From Clostridiales bacterium (lineage in GTDB: Bacteria; Bacillota; Clostridia; Christensenellales; DTU072), in contig JAAYOD010000051.1 of NCBI GenBank assembly GCA_012520515.1, positions 1,880 to 65,879 of the forward strand: a stretch of 64,000 nucleotides of DNA, written 5' to 3'. Positions 8,202 through 18,713 of the stretch are shown here, one piece after another; position 1 is the stretch's first letter; the number at the start of each line of letters is the position of its first letter. The translations under genes and the position numbers were made by a program. The notes beneath the pieces are model-generated. The model was not told the DNA's origin and did no database searches. It was given only the letters and a program-made list of their open reading frames with translations.

Positions 8202-10376
8202 CTATGTCATTTGCGTTGGATTGATTTCCACAAAGGTCACTACATTTTTTTCACTTATTTTTGCAGCTATCTCATAAAGCTTTTTAAGCGCTTCATTATC
8301 GCCATCTTTTTCTATCCACACAACTACTTGAAAACGATACTCTGAGCGCAATTTTTTTAGCGGAGCGCGCATAGCTTTTACTCTGAAGATTTCCTTTTGC
8401 TCAGGCTTTAATTCTCGCATAAGGTTATAACACTTACGGGCTGCAATTAAAGCTTTTTCTTCATCTTTACTTCTTATTAGTATGCGCACAATTTTGCTAT
8501 ACGGCGGGAACTTTGTAGTTTCTCTTATATTGCTTTCCTTATCAAAAAAGCCTAAATAGTCATAGTTTTTAGCAAACCTGAAAACATAGTGGTGTGGATT
8601 ATAGGTTTGTATAACCACTTTGCCCGCCTTTTTTTCTCTGCCCGCGCGACCAGCTACCTGCGTTATTATTTGATAGGTGTTTTCATTACTTCTAAAGTCG
8701 CTAAAATAAAGGCTAAGGTCGGCATCAAGCACGCCAACTAGGGTGACATCTTTAAAGTCATGACCTTTTACTATCATTTGAGTTCCCACTAGCACCTGCG
8801 CTTCCTTTCTACCAAATGCCGAAAGTATCTCCGCGTAAGAATCCTTTGATGAAGTGGTGTCAAAGTCCATTCTTAGCACCTTTACTTCAGGAAATAATTT
8901 TTGCACTTCTTCCACTACCCTTTCTGTGCCTATACGACCTTTAGCTAAATGGGCGCTATGACATTTGGGGCACTCTGTCAGCATATAGTATTGCTGTCCG
9001 CAATAGTGGCATTTTAACTGGTTATCGTCCTTGTGATAAGTAAGACTTATGTCACAGCTTTGGCAAACAGGGATATATCCGCACTGCCTGCACCTTACAA
9101 AAGATGAAAATCCCCGCCTGTTAATAAACAGCATAACTTGATTGCCGCTCTTTATGGTATGCTCTAGTTCAAGTAAAAGTTTTCTTGAAAAAATATTATT
9201 GTTCCCTGCCCTAACTTCCTGTCGCATATCAATAATTTCCATGTCGGGCATTTCTCTATGGTTCACTCTTTTATTAAGCGTAATTAGCGTATACTCTTTA
9301 TCTTTTGCTTTTTGGTATGTACCAAGGCTAGGCGTTGCGCTGCCCAAAATAAGTTTGCAGTTATTATATTTTGTCCTATACTTTGCTATATCTTCTGTAA
9401 AATATCTTGGATTGCTTTCGCTAATATAACTAGTGTCATGCTCTTCATCAATAATTATTGCGCCTACATTTTGCAATGGCGCAAAAATTGCGCTCCTTGC
9501 TCCAAGCGCTATCACAGCTTCGCCTTTTAGCAGTCTTAGCCATTCGTCAAAACGCTCTCCATCGCTAAGCGCACTGTGCATAAGTCCCACTCTGTTTCCA
9601 AATCTTTCTCTAAAAACGCTTAGCATTTGCGGCGTAAGACTTATTTCTGGCACTAGCATTATTGCTGTTTTTCCTTGCTTAATAATTTCGCTAATAACCG
9701 CCATATAAACTTCTGTTTTGCCGCTGCCTGTTACGCCGTGCAGTAAAAAGACGCCGTCATTATTCATAATGGTATCTACGGCATTTTTTTGCTGGGCAGT
9801 AAGAGTAATTTCCTTACTTTTGCCTACCATGCCTTTATGCGGTGTGCGCGCTATTTTTATGTATTCTCTTTTCGCAATACCTTTCTCAATTAAAGCCTTG
9901 ACGCTAGAGGGATTAAACTGAGAGTTAAGCACACTTTCATATTCGCCGCCACTTTTTAGCTTATTTATTAATTCAAGCTGTGTTTGGGCATTTTTCCTTA
10001 TCAGTTTTACCCCTTCTTCAGCTGGCATACACAGCGTTATAAAACCTCTTTTTAGCTCTTTAACTTTACCGCCGCGCAACTTAGAAGGTATGCATAGCCG
10101 CAAAATATCCACTATACGAAGATTGTTATTTTTGTTTAGCTCTTTGGCTAGGGAAAGCATTTCGGGACTAATTGCCACAAAATCATCTAACCTTTCAATA
10201 ATTTCTTTAGTCTTAACCTTGGAAGTTTCTTTGGTATTAAATACGAAACCCTCTAGCACTCTATTGCCAAAGGGAACTTTCACCCTACAACCTACGGGGA
10301 ACTCTTTATCTGAGGAATAGTCAAAAACTCTATCCACCTCGCCATTGCTTATATCCACAATGACTTCATAAATCAT
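8202..10376 (-). CDS. priA: primosomal protein N' (replication restart helicase PriA)
   Basis: Walker A GVTGSGKTEVY and DEEH box. Cys-rich zinc-binding insertion (CRQCGYIPVCQSC...CHYCG...CPKCHS). Confidence 0.96.
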   Translation of the reverse strand: MIYEVIVDISNGEVDRVFDYSSDKEFPVGCRVKVPFGNRVLEGFVFNTKETSKVKTKEIIERLDDFVAISPEMLSLAKELNKNNNLRIVDILRLCIPSKLRGGKVKELKRGFITLCMPAEEGVKLIRKNAQTQLELINKLKSGGEYESVLNSQFNPSSVKALIEKGIAKREYIKIARTPHKGMVGKSKEITLTAQQKNAVDTIMNNDGVFLLHGVTGSGKTEVYMAVISEIIKQGKTAIMLVPEISLTPQMLSVFRERFGNRVGLMHSALSDGERFDEWLRLLKGEAVIALGARSAIFAPLQNVGAIIIDEEHDTSYISESNPRYFTEDIAKYRTKYNNCKLILGSATPSLGTYQKAKDKEYTLITLNKRVNHREMPDMEIIDMRQEVRAGNNNIFSRKLLLELEHTIKSGNQVMLFINRRGFSSFVRCRQCGYIPVCQSCDISLTYHKDDNQLKCHYCGQQYYMLTECPKCHSAHLAKGRIGTERVVEEVQKLFPEVKVLRMDFDTTSSKDSYAEILSAFGRKEAQVLVGTQMIVKGHDFKDVTLVGVLDADLSLYFSDFRSNENTYQIITQVAGRAGREKKAGKVVIQTYNPHHYVFRFAKNYDYLGFFDKESNIRETTKFPPYSKIVRILIRSKDEEKALIAARKCYNLMRELKPEQKEIFRVKAMRAPLKKLRSEYRFQVVVWIEKDGDNEALKKLYEIAAKISEKNVVTFVEINPTQMT

Positions 10377-11548
10377 AGGCTTAAAACCCCGTCCAAAATA
10401 ACATCGGCTAAATTTTCTTTGCTCATAATAGGCAAGCTATCTATTTGCCCATTTGCATAAATGATAGTGGCGATATTAGTATCGACCATAAAGCCTGCGC
10501 CTTTTTTAGTTACATCGTTAGCAACTATCATATCAGCATTTTTACTTTTTAGTTTTTCTGCTGCATTTTCTAATAAATCATTGGTTTCCGCCGCAAAAAC
10601 CACTAAAATTTTGTCACCTTTTTTAAGTCCTACTTCTTTAGCGATATCGGGATTTTTAACAAGATCTAAAAGTAGTGTTTCACTCTTAATCTTTTGACTA
10701 TATTTTTTGTTTACTCTATAATCTGACGGCGCTGCCGCTTTTATTATAATATCAGCTTGGTCAAGGTTGTCCATAACAGCGTTATTCATATCCTTTGTGG
10801 ACTTAACTCTAATGACTTTAGCATTTTTCGGCGGAGTAACGGACATGTTTGCAGCGACCAAAATAACATCTCCGCCCCTAGCTAACACCCTGTTTGCTAG
10901 GGCTACTCCCATTTTTCCTGACGAATAATTGCTTATATATCTTACTCCGTCTATATCTTCAATGGTCGCTCCTGCTGTAATTAGCACAGTTTTATTACGG
11001 AAGTCAGGATTGGGCGTCAGTATGCTGTCTACAAATTCAATAATTTGTTTAGGCTCGCTCATTCTGCCTTTACCGATATCTCCACAAGCTAAATATCCTG
11101 AGTCAGGCTCTAAGATATGCACTCCCCTGTCTTTAAGCAATTCTAAATTTTTTAAGTTTGCCTTATCTGTATACATTCCTGTATTCATAGCTGGGCAAAT
11201 AACTTTTATTGCTTTACTTGCCAAAAAGGTAGTAGACAGCATATCGTCAGCTATACCTTGAGCAAATTTAGCAATAACATTGGCGGTAGCTGGGCAAACT
11301 AAAAATAGGTCTGCTTCTTTGGCAAGGCTGACATGCTCTACATCAAAATGTTCTTTTTCGGCAAACATATCCACCACTACAGGATTGCCTGAAAGAGTCT
11401 CAAAAGTGAGTTTGCTTACAAATTCCGTAGCGTTTTTGGTAAGAATAACCTTAACAGCGTAACCAAGCTGTTTAAGTTTGGACACAACCTCACAACATTT
11501 GTAGGCAGCAATGCCACCGCTAACGCCAACCACAACGGTTTTTTTCAT
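10373..11548 (-). CDS. coaBC: bifunctional phosphopantothenoylcysteine decarboxylase / phosphopantothenate-cysteine ligase
   Basis: 391 aa. N-terminal flavoprotein domain (GVSGGIAAYK, PAMN) and C-terminal CoaB domain (ITAGATIEDIDGVRYISNYSSGKMG). Conserved rpoZ-coaBC-priA order. Confidence 0.95.
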   Translation of the reverse strand: MKKTVVVGVSGGIAAYKCCEVVSKLKQLGYAVKVILTKNATEFVSKLTFETLSGNPVVVDMFAEKEHFDVEHVSLAKEADLFLVCPATANVIAKFAQGIADDMLSTTFLASKAIKVICPAMNTGMYTDKANLKNLELLKDRGVHILEPDSGYLACGDIGKGRMSEPKQIIEFVDSILTPNPDFRNKTVLITAGATIEDIDGVRYISNYSSGKMGVALANRVLARGGDVILVAANMSVTPPKNAKVIRVKSTKDMNNAVMDNLDQADIIIKAAAPSDYRVNKKYSQKIKSETLLLDLVKNPDIAKEVGLKKGDKILVVFAAETNDLLENAAEKLKSKNADMIVANDVTKKGAGFMVDTNIATIIYANGQIDSLPIMSKENLADVILDGVLSL

Positions 11549-11766
11549 TAGTCACCCATTTCAATAATTATTTTATTGTTATAAATTTCTTCAGCGGCTT
11601 GACTAATAGGTTTCTTTTTGGGTTGGCCCTCGTCATTTTTAGCCATGGCTGTAATTTCCTTAGCTCTTTTTGCAAGAGCTACAACCAACGCATAACGGCA
11701 AGGCGCTTTTTTGATAAGCTTATCAATAGGGGGATTCACCATGCTGTCATTATCTCTAAATGTCAT
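11548..11766 (-). CDS. rpoZ: DNA-directed RNA polymerase subunit omega
   Basis: 72 aa. The segment RYALVVALAKRAKEI is typical of omega. Located between gmk and coaBC. Confidence 0.88.
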   Translation of the reverse strand: MTFRDNDSMVNPPIDKLIKKAPCRYALVVALAKRAKEITAMAKNDEGQPKKKPISQAAEEIYNNKIIIEMGD

Positions 11767-11785
11767 AATCTACTCTCCTTAACAA

Positions 11786-12400
11786 TTATTTTTTGTTTAG
11801 TATTTCCTTAATCAAATGTCTATTATATTTAACTTTACATCTTTCGCCTTCAATAATATTAACTACCTTTTCTACGCAGTCGTTGAGATTATCGTTTACC
11901 ACAATATAGTCATAATAGTATGCGCACATCATCTCATGAATACTGGTATTAAATCGCAACTCTCTATTACTGTTGCCCTCTGACGCTCTGCCTTCCAGCC
12001 TTGCTCTTAATTCTGCCATGCTAGGCGGCGCTATAAATATGCTAACCACTCTTTTTTTTAGCATTCTCTTTACATTGCTTGCGCCTGTTGTCTCTATCTC
12101 CAGCACTACATCTTTACATTCCTCAATCATCTTTTCAACTTCTGATTTTACAGTTCCGTATCTGTTGCCGTATTTGGAAACATATTCTAACAAACCATCT
12201 TCTTCTATAAGTTTATCAAACTGTTCATCTGTTATAAAATGATAATTAACTCCGTCTATTTCATTAGCCCTCGGTGCGCGATTGGTAGCGCTGACGCTAA
12301 AATGCAAGTCCTTAACCTTCTTAAAAACTTCAGCTAGCACCGTTCCTTTCCCTGCGCCGCTAGGCCCGCTTATAACATACAAAATTCCTTTTCTTTGCAT
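11786..12400 (-). CDS. gmk: guanylate kinase
   Basis: P-loop GPSGAGKGT and ATNRAPRANEIDGVNYHF motif. Confidence 0.96.
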   Translation of the reverse strand: MQRKGILYVISGPSGAGKGTVLAEVFKKVKDLHFSVSATNRAPRANEIDGVNYHFITDEQFDKLIEEDGLLEYVSKYGNRYGTVKSEVEKMIEECKDVVLEIETTGASNVKRMLKKRVVSIFIAPPSMAELRARLEGRASEGNSNRELRFNTSIHEMMCAYYYDYIVVNDNLNDCVEKVVNIIEGERCKVKYNRHLIKEILNKK

Positions 12401-12420
12401 GAAACTCCTATTTTATTAGT

Positions 12421-13293
12421 TTATTCAATATTTTGAATTTGTTCTTTAATTTTTTTAATTTCATTTTTTGCAGCAAGCACATATCTTGTAAGCTCTAAGT
12501 CATTGCTTTTACTGCCTATTGTGTTTGTTTCTCGCAATAGTTCTTGCGCAAGGAAATCAAGCGCTTCGCCCTTTACTCCCTTTTTCTTCATAATGGCACA
12601 TCCATGCTCAATGTGTCCTGCTAGCCTTGCTATCTCTTCATCTATATTGCTTCTGTCCACAAAAAACGCCACTTCGTTATAAAATCTAGCTTCGTCTATT
12701 GCCACATCATTTAATGCTTCCGTTATTCTCTCTGTCAACCTTTCAGCATATGCATTTGCCACCATTGGCGCTCTTTCTTTTATGGATTTTAGAATATTTT
12801 CTAAATTATCAAAACGCGCTGCAACATCGCTATAGAGCATTTGCCCTTCATGCTTTCTCATTTCTTGCAAGTTCTCACAAGCAATTCTAGCTGCTTTTAG
12901 CACCAACTCTAGCACAATTTCTTCATCATCTTCTATATTTTCCGCCTTTAATACATCAGGCATACGCAATACATGGCTAACTGTCATATCGTTAACAAAG
13001 CCCTTTTGCTCTAACTCCTTTGCCACTTGCATATATTGCAGAGCTAGCTCAGTATCGCAACTAACTTTTTCTTTGTTTTGCCTATTGTCTTCATAGTTAA
13101 CATAAACTTCGATATGACCGCGATAAAAGTATTCAGACAGGGTCTTTCTCAGCATATCATCACAAAACGAAAACCCTCTAGGCGTCTTTATAATTAAATC
13201 AAGTGTGCGGTGATTAACCGCTTTCATTTCAATAGTGACCTTTCTTTCGTAACCTTCGGCAACTCCCTTGCCGTAACCTGTCATACTGTGCAC
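12421..13293 (-). CDS. yicC: YicC-family stress-induced protein (endoribonuclease YicC)
   Basis: N-terminal SMTGYG motif. C-terminal EIxRLxxH and REINTIGSK-like (RETNTIGSKSND) motifs. Upstream of gmk, as in Bacillus yloC. Confidence 0.9.
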   Translation of the reverse strand: MHSMTGYGKGVAEGYERKVTIEMKAVNHRTLDLIIKTPRGFSFCDDMLRKTLSEYFYRGHIEVYVNYEDNRQNKEKVSCDTELALQYMQVAKELEQKGFVNDMTVSHVLRMPDVLKAENIEDDEEIVLELVLKAARIACENLQEMRKHEGQMLYSDVAARFDNLENILKSIKERAPMVANAYAERLTERITEALNDVAIDEARFYNEVAFFVDRSNIDEEIARLAGHIEHGCAIMKKKGVKGEALDFLAQELLRETNTIGSKSNDLELTRYVLAAKNEIKKIKEQIQNIE

Positions 13294-13403
13294 TTAAAAA
13301 ATACCAAACCTCGTATATATTTAATAATAAGTATAACATACTTAATACAATATTGACAAGTTTTATTAATACTAAAAGCTTATATGAATTGATGATAAAA
13401 AGC

Positions 13404-15362
13404 TTATACCATGATAAAATCACTGCCAAGCGCATTAATAAATTGTCCTTCGTCCCAAATCTCTATTTCTAGTTTCTGTGCTTTTGCCAACTTGCTACCA
13501 GCGTCTTTTCCTGCAATCACTAGGTTCACAGACTTTGAGACAGTATCATTTACCTTACCGCCTTGCTCTTCAATAATTTTAGCAGCTTGACTTCTCTTAA
13601 AAGTGCTTAAGCTGCCAGTGAGAACCACCACTTTTCCGCTAAAAATTCCTTCTTTTTTCTCTTCTACTTTTATAGTAACGCCTGCTTCAAGTAGCTTATT
13701 TATTAGGTCAATATTTTTATCATCAGCAAAAAAGCCCACTACATTATCGGCCATAATTTGTCCAAAATCATCTAATGCTAATAAAGTTTGGGTATTAGCT
13801 TCCATAAGCTTTTCCAAACTTTGAAAAGTATCAGCTAGCTGCCTTGCTGTTTTTCTGCCAATAGACGGTATCCCTAAGCTAAAAATAAATCTATCTAGCG
13901 TAACATTTTTACTTTTTTCTATATTGCTTAAAAGATTGCTTGCCTTTTTTTCCTTAAACCCTTCCAATGTCAACAATTGCTCCATAGTAAGATAATAAAG
14001 CTGATAAGGGTATTTTATATGCATTTCGTTGTATAGCTGTTCCGCTGTCTTTTCGCTTAAGCCTTCGATATCCATACAAGACTTTTGCGCAAAATGGTCC
14101 AGATAACTAATGATGGTAGGAGCGCAAAAATCAGGATTGGTGCAGTACAAAAAGGCGCCCTCTTCTCTAACGACAGAACCGCAAGCAGGACAGTTGGTTG
14201 GCTTTAATATTTCCATGCTATCTTCGTTATGGGAAGCTACGGCAGTAATCTCAGGAATAACATCGTTGCTCCGTCTTATAAACACTCTAGAATTTATCTT
14301 AATATCTTTCCTTTGGATATCAGAATAGTTGTTTAAGGTTGCCTGTTTTACTGTTACGCCCATTAATTCAACAGGTTCTAAAACAGCCAGCGGATTAATT
14401 TTTGAAGTGCGTGAAACTTGCCACTTTACACCTTTTACAATAGTGGTAGTTTCTTGCGCCGTAAACTTATAAGCTAACGCCCACCTAGGAAATTTATCAG
14501 TATATCCTAGTTTTTCACGCAAGCTCATATCGTCAATTTTTAATACTGCGCCATCTATCATAAAGTCCAAAGTTTCTCTATGCTCTTCTATTTTGTTAAG
14601 CTCTACCATTGCATTATCAACATCGGAAACTATGACAAATTTATCGTCTACCAAAAAGCCATTTTCTCGCAAAAATTGATTAACTTCACATTGTGTTTTA
14701 AACAAATTTTCTTCTACATATCCCACATTATACGCCAAAAAATCAAGCTTTCTTGAAGCGGTAATTTTAGGGTTTAGATTGCGAATTGCGCCAGCTGCGC
14801 CGTTGCGCGGGTTTTTTAGCGGTGTCTTTGCTGTTTCATTATATTTTTCAAACACACTAAGGCGCATTATGCCTTCCCCAAGTATCTCTATCTCGCCTTT
14901 ATAATGTATAGTTAGCGGAACACTTCTTATCGTTTTAACTTGAGCTGTTATCTCTTCTCCAGTTATTCCATCTCCTCTTGTCGCTGCAGAAACAAGCTCT
15001 CCATTCTTGTAGGTAAGTGATACTGTTAGACCGTCAAACTTATGCTCCAAAGTAAACTTGGGCATATATCCTACTGCTTTAATTACTCTTTGAAAAAAGT
15101 TTTCTAGCTGTGTGCGATTTTGCGCTTTGTCTAAAGAATAAAGCCTTAATTTATGCTTGTGCTTATTAAAACCTTTTTGCACCGCTCCACCCACTCTATG
15201 AGTGGGAGAATTCGGCAAAACTATGCCGCTCATTTGCTCTAGTGCTACCAGCTCATAATAAAGAGCATCATATTCCATATCTGATATGCTGGGGTTATCC
15301 AGTTCATAGTACTCTTTATCGTACTTATTTATTAGCTTAACAAGTTCTTTCATTCTATCCAT
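13404..15362 (-). CDS. ligA: NAD-dependent DNA ligase
   Basis: Adenylation motif EHKFDGL, OB fold, Cys4 zinc finger (CPACGS...C..C), HhH repeats and a C-terminal BRCT domain (GKVVVLTGSL). Confidence 0.97.
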   Translation of the reverse strand: MDRMKELVKLINKYDKEYYELDNPSISDMEYDALYYELVALEQMSGIVLPNSPTHRVGGAVQKGFNKHKHKLRLYSLDKAQNRTQLENFFQRVIKAVGYMPKFTLEHKFDGLTVSLTYKNGELVSAATRGDGITGEEITAQVKTIRSVPLTIHYKGEIEILGEGIMRLSVFEKYNETAKTPLKNPRNGAAGAIRNLNPKITASRKLDFLAYNVGYVEENLFKTQCEVNQFLRENGFLVDDKFVIVSDVDNAMVELNKIEEHRETLDFMIDGAVLKIDDMSLREKLGYTDKFPRWALAYKFTAQETTTIVKGVKWQVSRTSKINPLAVLEPVELMGVTVKQATLNNYSDIQRKDIKINSRVFIRRSNDVIPEITAVASHNEDSMEILKPTNCPACGSVVREEGAFLYCTNPDFCAPTIISYLDHFAQKSCMDIEGLSEKTAEQLYNEMHIKYPYQLYYLTMEQLLTLEGFKEKKASNLLSNIEKSKNVTLDRFIFSLGIPSIGRKTARQLADTFQSLEKLMEANTQTLLALDDFGQIMADNVVGFFADDKNIDLINKLLEAGVTIKVEEKKEGIFSGKVVVLTGSLSTFKRSQAAKIIEEQGGKVNDTVSKSVNLVIAGKDAGSKLAKAQKLEIEIWDEGQFINALGSDFIMV

Positions 15363-15364
15363 AA

Positions 15365-17584
15365 TTACACCAAAGTAAGCGGTGCGCTTGCCACCGCGAA
15401 TTTTTTAATTCCCAAATCCTTAAACGCCACTGTTGCCGTTTTGCCAAGCCCGCTTCCTTCCGTTACAATTATTGTACCTATGCCATACTTTTTATGCCTA
15501 ACTTTAACTCCAGCGGCAAATTGTGTAGTATCTGCTGACTTTACGGTAGGTTTGTTATCTATTTTCACATTTGGCACAAAGTCTATTTTTTTTATGGTAT
15601 GTGTTTTTGGTATAGCATCTGAAAAATCGTCATAGTCATTTGTTTGGTATTGAGAACCAAATTTTTCAAGCAACGCTTTTACTGCGTCTTGCTTTCCTTT
15701 GCATTCAGCTATAAACCTAGACGGCGTTGCTCTCTCTTGACGCCCAAATCTCATGCGCGTACCGTTAACACAGGATATATAAAGCCTTTCTTTAGCTCTA
15801 GTTATAGCAACATACATTACTCGCCTTTCTTCTTCTAGTCCATTAGGTTCAGTAAAGCACCTAGACGATGGTACTATTTGCTCTTCGCAAGCTACTATAA
15901 AGACCACTCTAAACTCTAGTCCCTTTGCCGCGTGCATTGTGGCAATTGTTATAAAATCATTATCGTCATCTTCTTTGTCTGTGTTGTTTAGCGTAAAGTT
16001 ATGCAAAAATTCTTCTAGTGTAGAGCCATCTTTGTCAAAATTCTCTTTGATGTGAGTTAAAAACTCTTGCACATTCTCCCAACGATTATAATCTTCTTCT
16101 TTGCCAGACAGCGTATAATGTTGCTCTAAATTGAGCTTTTTTACCATATTGATTACAAAATCACTAAATTTTTGTGTATGCAAATCAGCGGCAAAGCCAT
16201 TAATTAAATTGACAAATGCGCTTACTTTATTCTTTACGCTAGAGGAAAATTCGTCAATTGTTCTTATGTTTGATATAACTTCAAATAAAGATATACCTTT
16301 TTGGTTGGCATAATTAATTATTCTTTCTATGGTGGTATTGCCTATTCCTCTTGTTGGGAAGTTTATTATTCTTAAAAGAGCTTCTGAATCTTTAGGGTTG
16401 GCAAGCACTCTCAAATATGCAATAATATCTTGTATTTCTTTGCGGTCAAAGAATCTAAAACCGCCAAATACCTTGTATGATAAATTTGCTCTAGGCAAGT
16501 TTATCTCATGCAATCTAGTGATTGAGTTTTGTCTGACAAGGATAGCAAAATCATTATTTTTGTAGTTGTAAAGTCTTTTTAATTGCATAATGGTGCTAAT
16601 TACGCTATCTACTTCGCGATATTCGTCTTGGTGATAAAGATATTCCACCCTTACTCCACCCTTTTTTTCTGTGGTAAGAACTTTATCCACTCTAGATACA
16701 TTGTTTTTAATAAGGTTATTAGCGCAATTAAGTATATTTTCTGTGGAGCGATAGTTTTGCAAAAGCTTATATGTTTTAACATTGTCAAAATGTTTATCAA
16801 ATTCCAGAATATTAGAAACATTTGCTCCACGCCAACTATATATACTTTGGTCGTCATCCCCTACCACAAAGATATTGCCCCATTTTCCGCTAAGCAACTT
16901 TACAATTTCAAATTGCACTTGGTTGGTATCTTGAAATTCGTCTACATGAATATAGCGAAAACGGTTTTGATAGTATTCAAGCACATCAAAATTTGTTTGA
17001 AACAGCTCAAGGCATTTAACTAATAAATCATCAAAGTCCATGGCATTGTTTTCTTTCAAAAGTTCTTCATAGCGGTCGAAAATTTCGCATATCTCCATTG
17101 CATCTTTATAGCGTCTTATCTTAGAAAAATATTGGCTAGAATTAAGGTTGTCATTTTTTGCTGTAGAAATATGATAAAGGTACTTATCGACTTTCTTTTC
17201 ATTTATTCGCTTTTCTCTCAATACCCTTTTCATAATTCTTTGACTTGCTGATGTGTCAAAGATACTAAAACCGCTTGTATATCCTATTTTTTCTGCGTGT
17301 CTATACAATATTTTGGTGCAAAGCGCATGGAAAGTAGACACCCACACATCGCTGCTGCCTATCATAGCTTGCAACCTTTCTTTCATTTCAGATGTGGCTT
17401 TATTGGTAAAAGTTATTGCTAAAATATTATATGGATACACATTTTTTTCTTGAACAAGGTACACCACTCTATGTGTTAGCACCCGTGTTTTACCGCTGCC
17501 AGCCCCTGCAAAAACAACCACAGCGCCCTCAGTGTCCATGGCTGCCTTTCTTTGCGTTTCGTTGAGGCAATTTAAATCTAACAT
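15365..17584 (-). CDS. pcrA: ATP-dependent DNA helicase PcrA/UvrD family
   Basis: Walker A AGAGSGKT and SF1 motifs (TFHALC, DEFQDTN, VGDDDQSIYSWRGA, TMHAAKGLEF, VAITRAK). Conserved pcrA-ligA pairing. Confidence 0.96.
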   Translation of the reverse strand: MLDLNCLNETQRKAAMDTEGAVVVFAGAGSGKTRVLTHRVVYLVQEKNVYPYNILAITFTNKATSEMKERLQAMIGSSDVWVSTFHALCTKILYRHAEKIGYTSGFSIFDTSASQRIMKRVLREKRINEKKVDKYLYHISTAKNDNLNSSQYFSKIRRYKDAMEICEIFDRYEELLKENNAMDFDDLLVKCLELFQTNFDVLEYYQNRFRYIHVDEFQDTNQVQFEIVKLLSGKWGNIFVVGDDDQSIYSWRGANVSNILEFDKHFDNVKTYKLLQNYRSTENILNCANNLIKNNVSRVDKVLTTEKKGGVRVEYLYHQDEYREVDSVISTIMQLKRLYNYKNNDFAILVRQNSITRLHEINLPRANLSYKVFGGFRFFDRKEIQDIIAYLRVLANPKDSEALLRIINFPTRGIGNTTIERIINYANQKGISLFEVISNIRTIDEFSSSVKNKVSAFVNLINGFAADLHTQKFSDFVINMVKKLNLEQHYTLSGKEEDYNRWENVQEFLTHIKENFDKDGSTLEEFLHNFTLNNTDKEDDDNDFITIATMHAAKGLEFRVVFIVACEEQIVPSSRCFTEPNGLEEERRVMYVAITRAKERLYISCVNGTRMRFGRQERATPSRFIAECKGKQDAVKALLEKFGSQYQTNDYDDFSDAIPKTHTIKKIDFVPNVKIDNKPTVKSADTTQFAAGVKVRHKKYGIGTIIVTEGSGLGKTATVAFKDLGIKKFAVASAPLTLV

Positions 17585-18577
17585 TTATATATATTCCTTT
17601 GGTATGTATAGCTCTTTAAAAATGTTTATTGCATAGGTGTCGGTCATGCTTGCAATAAAATCAGTGACAAATATAGTAGCGTTATCGCTAAATACATAGT
17701 TTTTAGGCACTTCGCCAGGATACTTTAGAAAATGCCTAAATAGTGTAGATATCATTCTGTCTGCCTTTAAGTTTAGCATTTCTCCCTGAGTGGAATTATA
17801 GACATAATCAAACATAAACTCTCTTAGCTTATTCATATAGTAAGAGCCTTCTTTGCTTAGCATAATATCAGGCTTTTGGTAAGAGTTTTTTATCATATCG
17901 CTAACTAGAGTATTTATTCTTTCTCCTTGCGTTCTACCTAAAAACTCAACACAATCTTTAGGCAGGTCTTCATCCTTTAATACCCCTGCTCTAATGGCAT
18001 CATTTATATCGTGATTAATGTAAGCTATTCTGTCAGCACAAGACACAATTTTTGCTTCTAAAGTAGATGGGTTGCCCTTAGAGGTATGGTTAAGTATGCC
18101 ATCTCTAACCTCAAAAGTAAGGTTAAGTCCTTTGCCTTCGTTTTCTAAAAACTCTACCACTCTTAGACTTTGCTCATTGTGATAAAAATGCCCTGTTAAT
18201 GAATTTAATACCCTTTCGCCTGCGTGTCCAAAAGGCGTATGTCCTAAATCGTGCCCAAGAGCAATAGCTTCTGTAAGGTCTTCATTAAGACATAACGCTC
18301 TTGCTATGGTACGGGCTATTTGCGTTACTTCCAAAGTATGAGTAAGTCTTGTTCTATAATGGTCGCCATTGGCGCTTAAAAACACCTGTGTTTTGTGCTT
18401 TAATCTTCTAAAAGCTTTACAATGAATAATCCTGTCACGGTCGCGTTGAAATTCAGTACGATAAGGACACGGCTCGATAGCGACCGCCCTGCCCTTCGTA
18501 TTTTCACTTTTAGTTGCGTACTTTGACAAGAAAATTCTTTCAAACTCTAGTTGTTCAGACTTCATTTTTCTCCACAA
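17585..18577 (-). CDS. dgt: dGTP triphosphohydrolase-like HD-domain protein
   Basis: FQRDRDRIIH, RTRLTHTLEV and HDLGHTPFGH motifs of the dGTPase family. 330 aa, the short Firmicutes form. Confidence 0.88.
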   Translation of the reverse strand: MWRKMKSEQLEFERIFLSKYATKSENTKGRAVAIEPCPYRTEFQRDRDRIIHCKAFRRLKHKTQVFLSANGDHYRTRLTHTLEVTQIARTIARALCLNEDLTEAIALGHDLGHTPFGHAGERVLNSLTGHFYHNEQSLRVVEFLENEGKGLNLTFEVRDGILNHTSKGNPSTLEAKIVSCADRIAYINHDINDAIRAGVLKDEDLPKDCVEFLGRTQGERINTLVSDMIKNSYQKPDIMLSKEGSYYMNKLREFMFDYVYNSTQGEMLNLKADRMISTLFRHFLKYPGEVPKNYVFSDNATIFVTDFIASMTDTYAINIFKELYIPKEYI

Positions 18578-18599
18578 ATCATTTAAAAATATTAATTAT

Positions 18600-18628
18600 A
18601 TTATACCTCAGATACCCCTTTTTTGCAA
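18600..18628 (-). promoter_or_regulatory. sigma-A-type promoter for dgt-pcrA-ligA
   Basis: Minus strand reads TTGCAA, 17 nt, TATAAT (-35 at 18628..18623, -10 at 18605..18600). It lies about 25 nt upstream of the dgt start region. Confidence 0.6.
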
Positions 18629-18651
18629 GCGCCTTAATAATATGCTAAAGC

Positions 18652-18683
18652 AAAAAAAGAGCCGACAAAAATTTGTCGGCTCT
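18652..18683 (-). terminator. rho-independent terminator of ppdK
   Basis: Minus strand reads AAGAGCCGAC aaattttt GTCGGCTCTT TTTTTG. This is a 10-12 bp GC-rich stem plus a T-run, 30 nt after the ppdK stop. Confidence 0.85.
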
Positions 18684-18713
18684 TACTTTAACTAAAACTT
18701 GAAGTTTAATTTT

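Noticed and set aside
13229-13435. Short ORFs in AT-rich intergenic DNA: 13229..13435, 22398..22589, 42247..42429, 49090..49293, 54024..54215, 55604..55792.
   Set aside because: They span promoters, terminators or gene ends, have no RBS, and have low-complexity composition. The regions are better explained by the regulatory elements described.
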